A stretch of 248,000 nucleotides of DNA from Andalucia godoyi And28 (lineage: Eukaryota; Protista; Jakobida): positions 144,001 to 392,000 of the forward strand of contig VRVR01000013.1 of NCBI GenBank assembly GCA_009859145.1, given 5' to 3'. Positions within the stretch are counted from its first letter, which is position 1; every line of letters starts with the position of its first letter. Positions 247,285-248,000 of the stretch are shown in pieces. Both the position numbers and the translations under genes were made by a program. Below the pieces are notes generated by a model, which saw only the letters and a list, made by a program, of their open reading frames with translations, searched no databases and had not been told where the DNA came from.

Positions 247285-247980
247285 TTACGCTTGGTAGCCA
247301 AGGCGCTGCCGATTCGCATAAGGGAAGACAGGCTTCTTTTGCGCTCCAACTCCACTTTGATGGTACGCAACCATCGGGTTTCTGTGAGTTGTGTACTTCT
247401 TGTTCTTGTAATCATACACAGAGTACGATCGCTTATTGAAACAGTTCTTTTGCGCAATCCCTTGAACGTAAATGGAGTCCCTTTCCGTGTTGTCATCATT
247501 GTCCCAGTATCGCTGGCCGCTCTCGTCCAAGAAACCAAGACCGTTATTCTGGCAGTCCACAGTGGTGGCCAGTCCGTTTGAACCGGCGTTTGCAGGGCCG
247601 GCATGCAGATTCTGCGAACGAATGGTGACCAACTTGCCGCGCGTCTTCAGTCCAGAGTTTCCGGGGCCGCGATAGTAACCAGGCTTCACAATGATGAGGT
247701 CGCGGTTGAACTGCTGCAGAGATCCAGATGCGGATGGCTGTCCATGCATCAAGCCATACGGTCCATTTGCGCAATCACTCGGGTTTCTGCAGTTGATGAG
247801 GGCTCTGTCCAAAGCACGCTGAATGGTCCGATACGGCTTGTGTGGAGAGCCATCCCCTCCGTTAATTTCGCTGGCGTCCAAATCATAATCGGATCCAGAT
247901 GTGTCAACATAAATATCCGAAATTCTCAAATCATTCAGCCGTGCATTTTCTGCAGAATAGCTCAGCCCTCTGCCCGTCAT
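247285..247980 (-). CDS. Hypothetical protein with DUF1565-like N-terminal motif (may be incomplete at window edge)
   Basis: IYVD..GDGS..PYRTIQRAL..IVKPGYY. Confidence 0.5.
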   Translation of the reverse strand: MTGRGLSYSAENARLNDLRISDIYVDTSGSDYDLDASEINGGDGSPHKPYRTIQRALDRALINCRNPSDCANGPYGLMHGQPSASGSLQQFNRDLIIVKPGYYRGPGNSGLKTRGKLVTIRSQNLHAGPANAGSNGLATTVDCQNNGLGFLDESGQRYWDNDDNTERDSIYVQGIAQKNCFNKRSYSVYDYKNKKYTTHRNPMVAYHQSGVGAQKKPVFPYANRQRLGYQA

Positions 247981-248000
247981 GGATGCAAAGTCCCCCGTGG

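Overview
Gene-dense, intron-poor eukaryotic DNA from a flagellated protist (axonemal dynein, IFT122, DRC10, CFAP100; a Discoba-like lineage is a guess, not demonstrated). It holds roughly 95 protein genes, one tRNA-Pro(AGG), microsatellites and one frameshifted hAT transposon with an 8-bp TSD. The main unexplained structure is about 25 short intergenic repeats in five families, which I read as relics of RNA-guided Fanzor (eukaryotic TnpB) elements. Families A1 and A2 are Fanzor2/IS607-like and family C is probably related. They keep both ends, an omegaRNA-like structured right end, a CCG at the left junction and usually a CG at the right junction. Families B and D are Fanzor1-like. No intact Fanzor or TnpA ORF is present in the window, so these look like non-autonomous carriers of guide scaffolds, each with a different flanking guide. 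All protein calls come from recognising motifs by eye; no searches were run.
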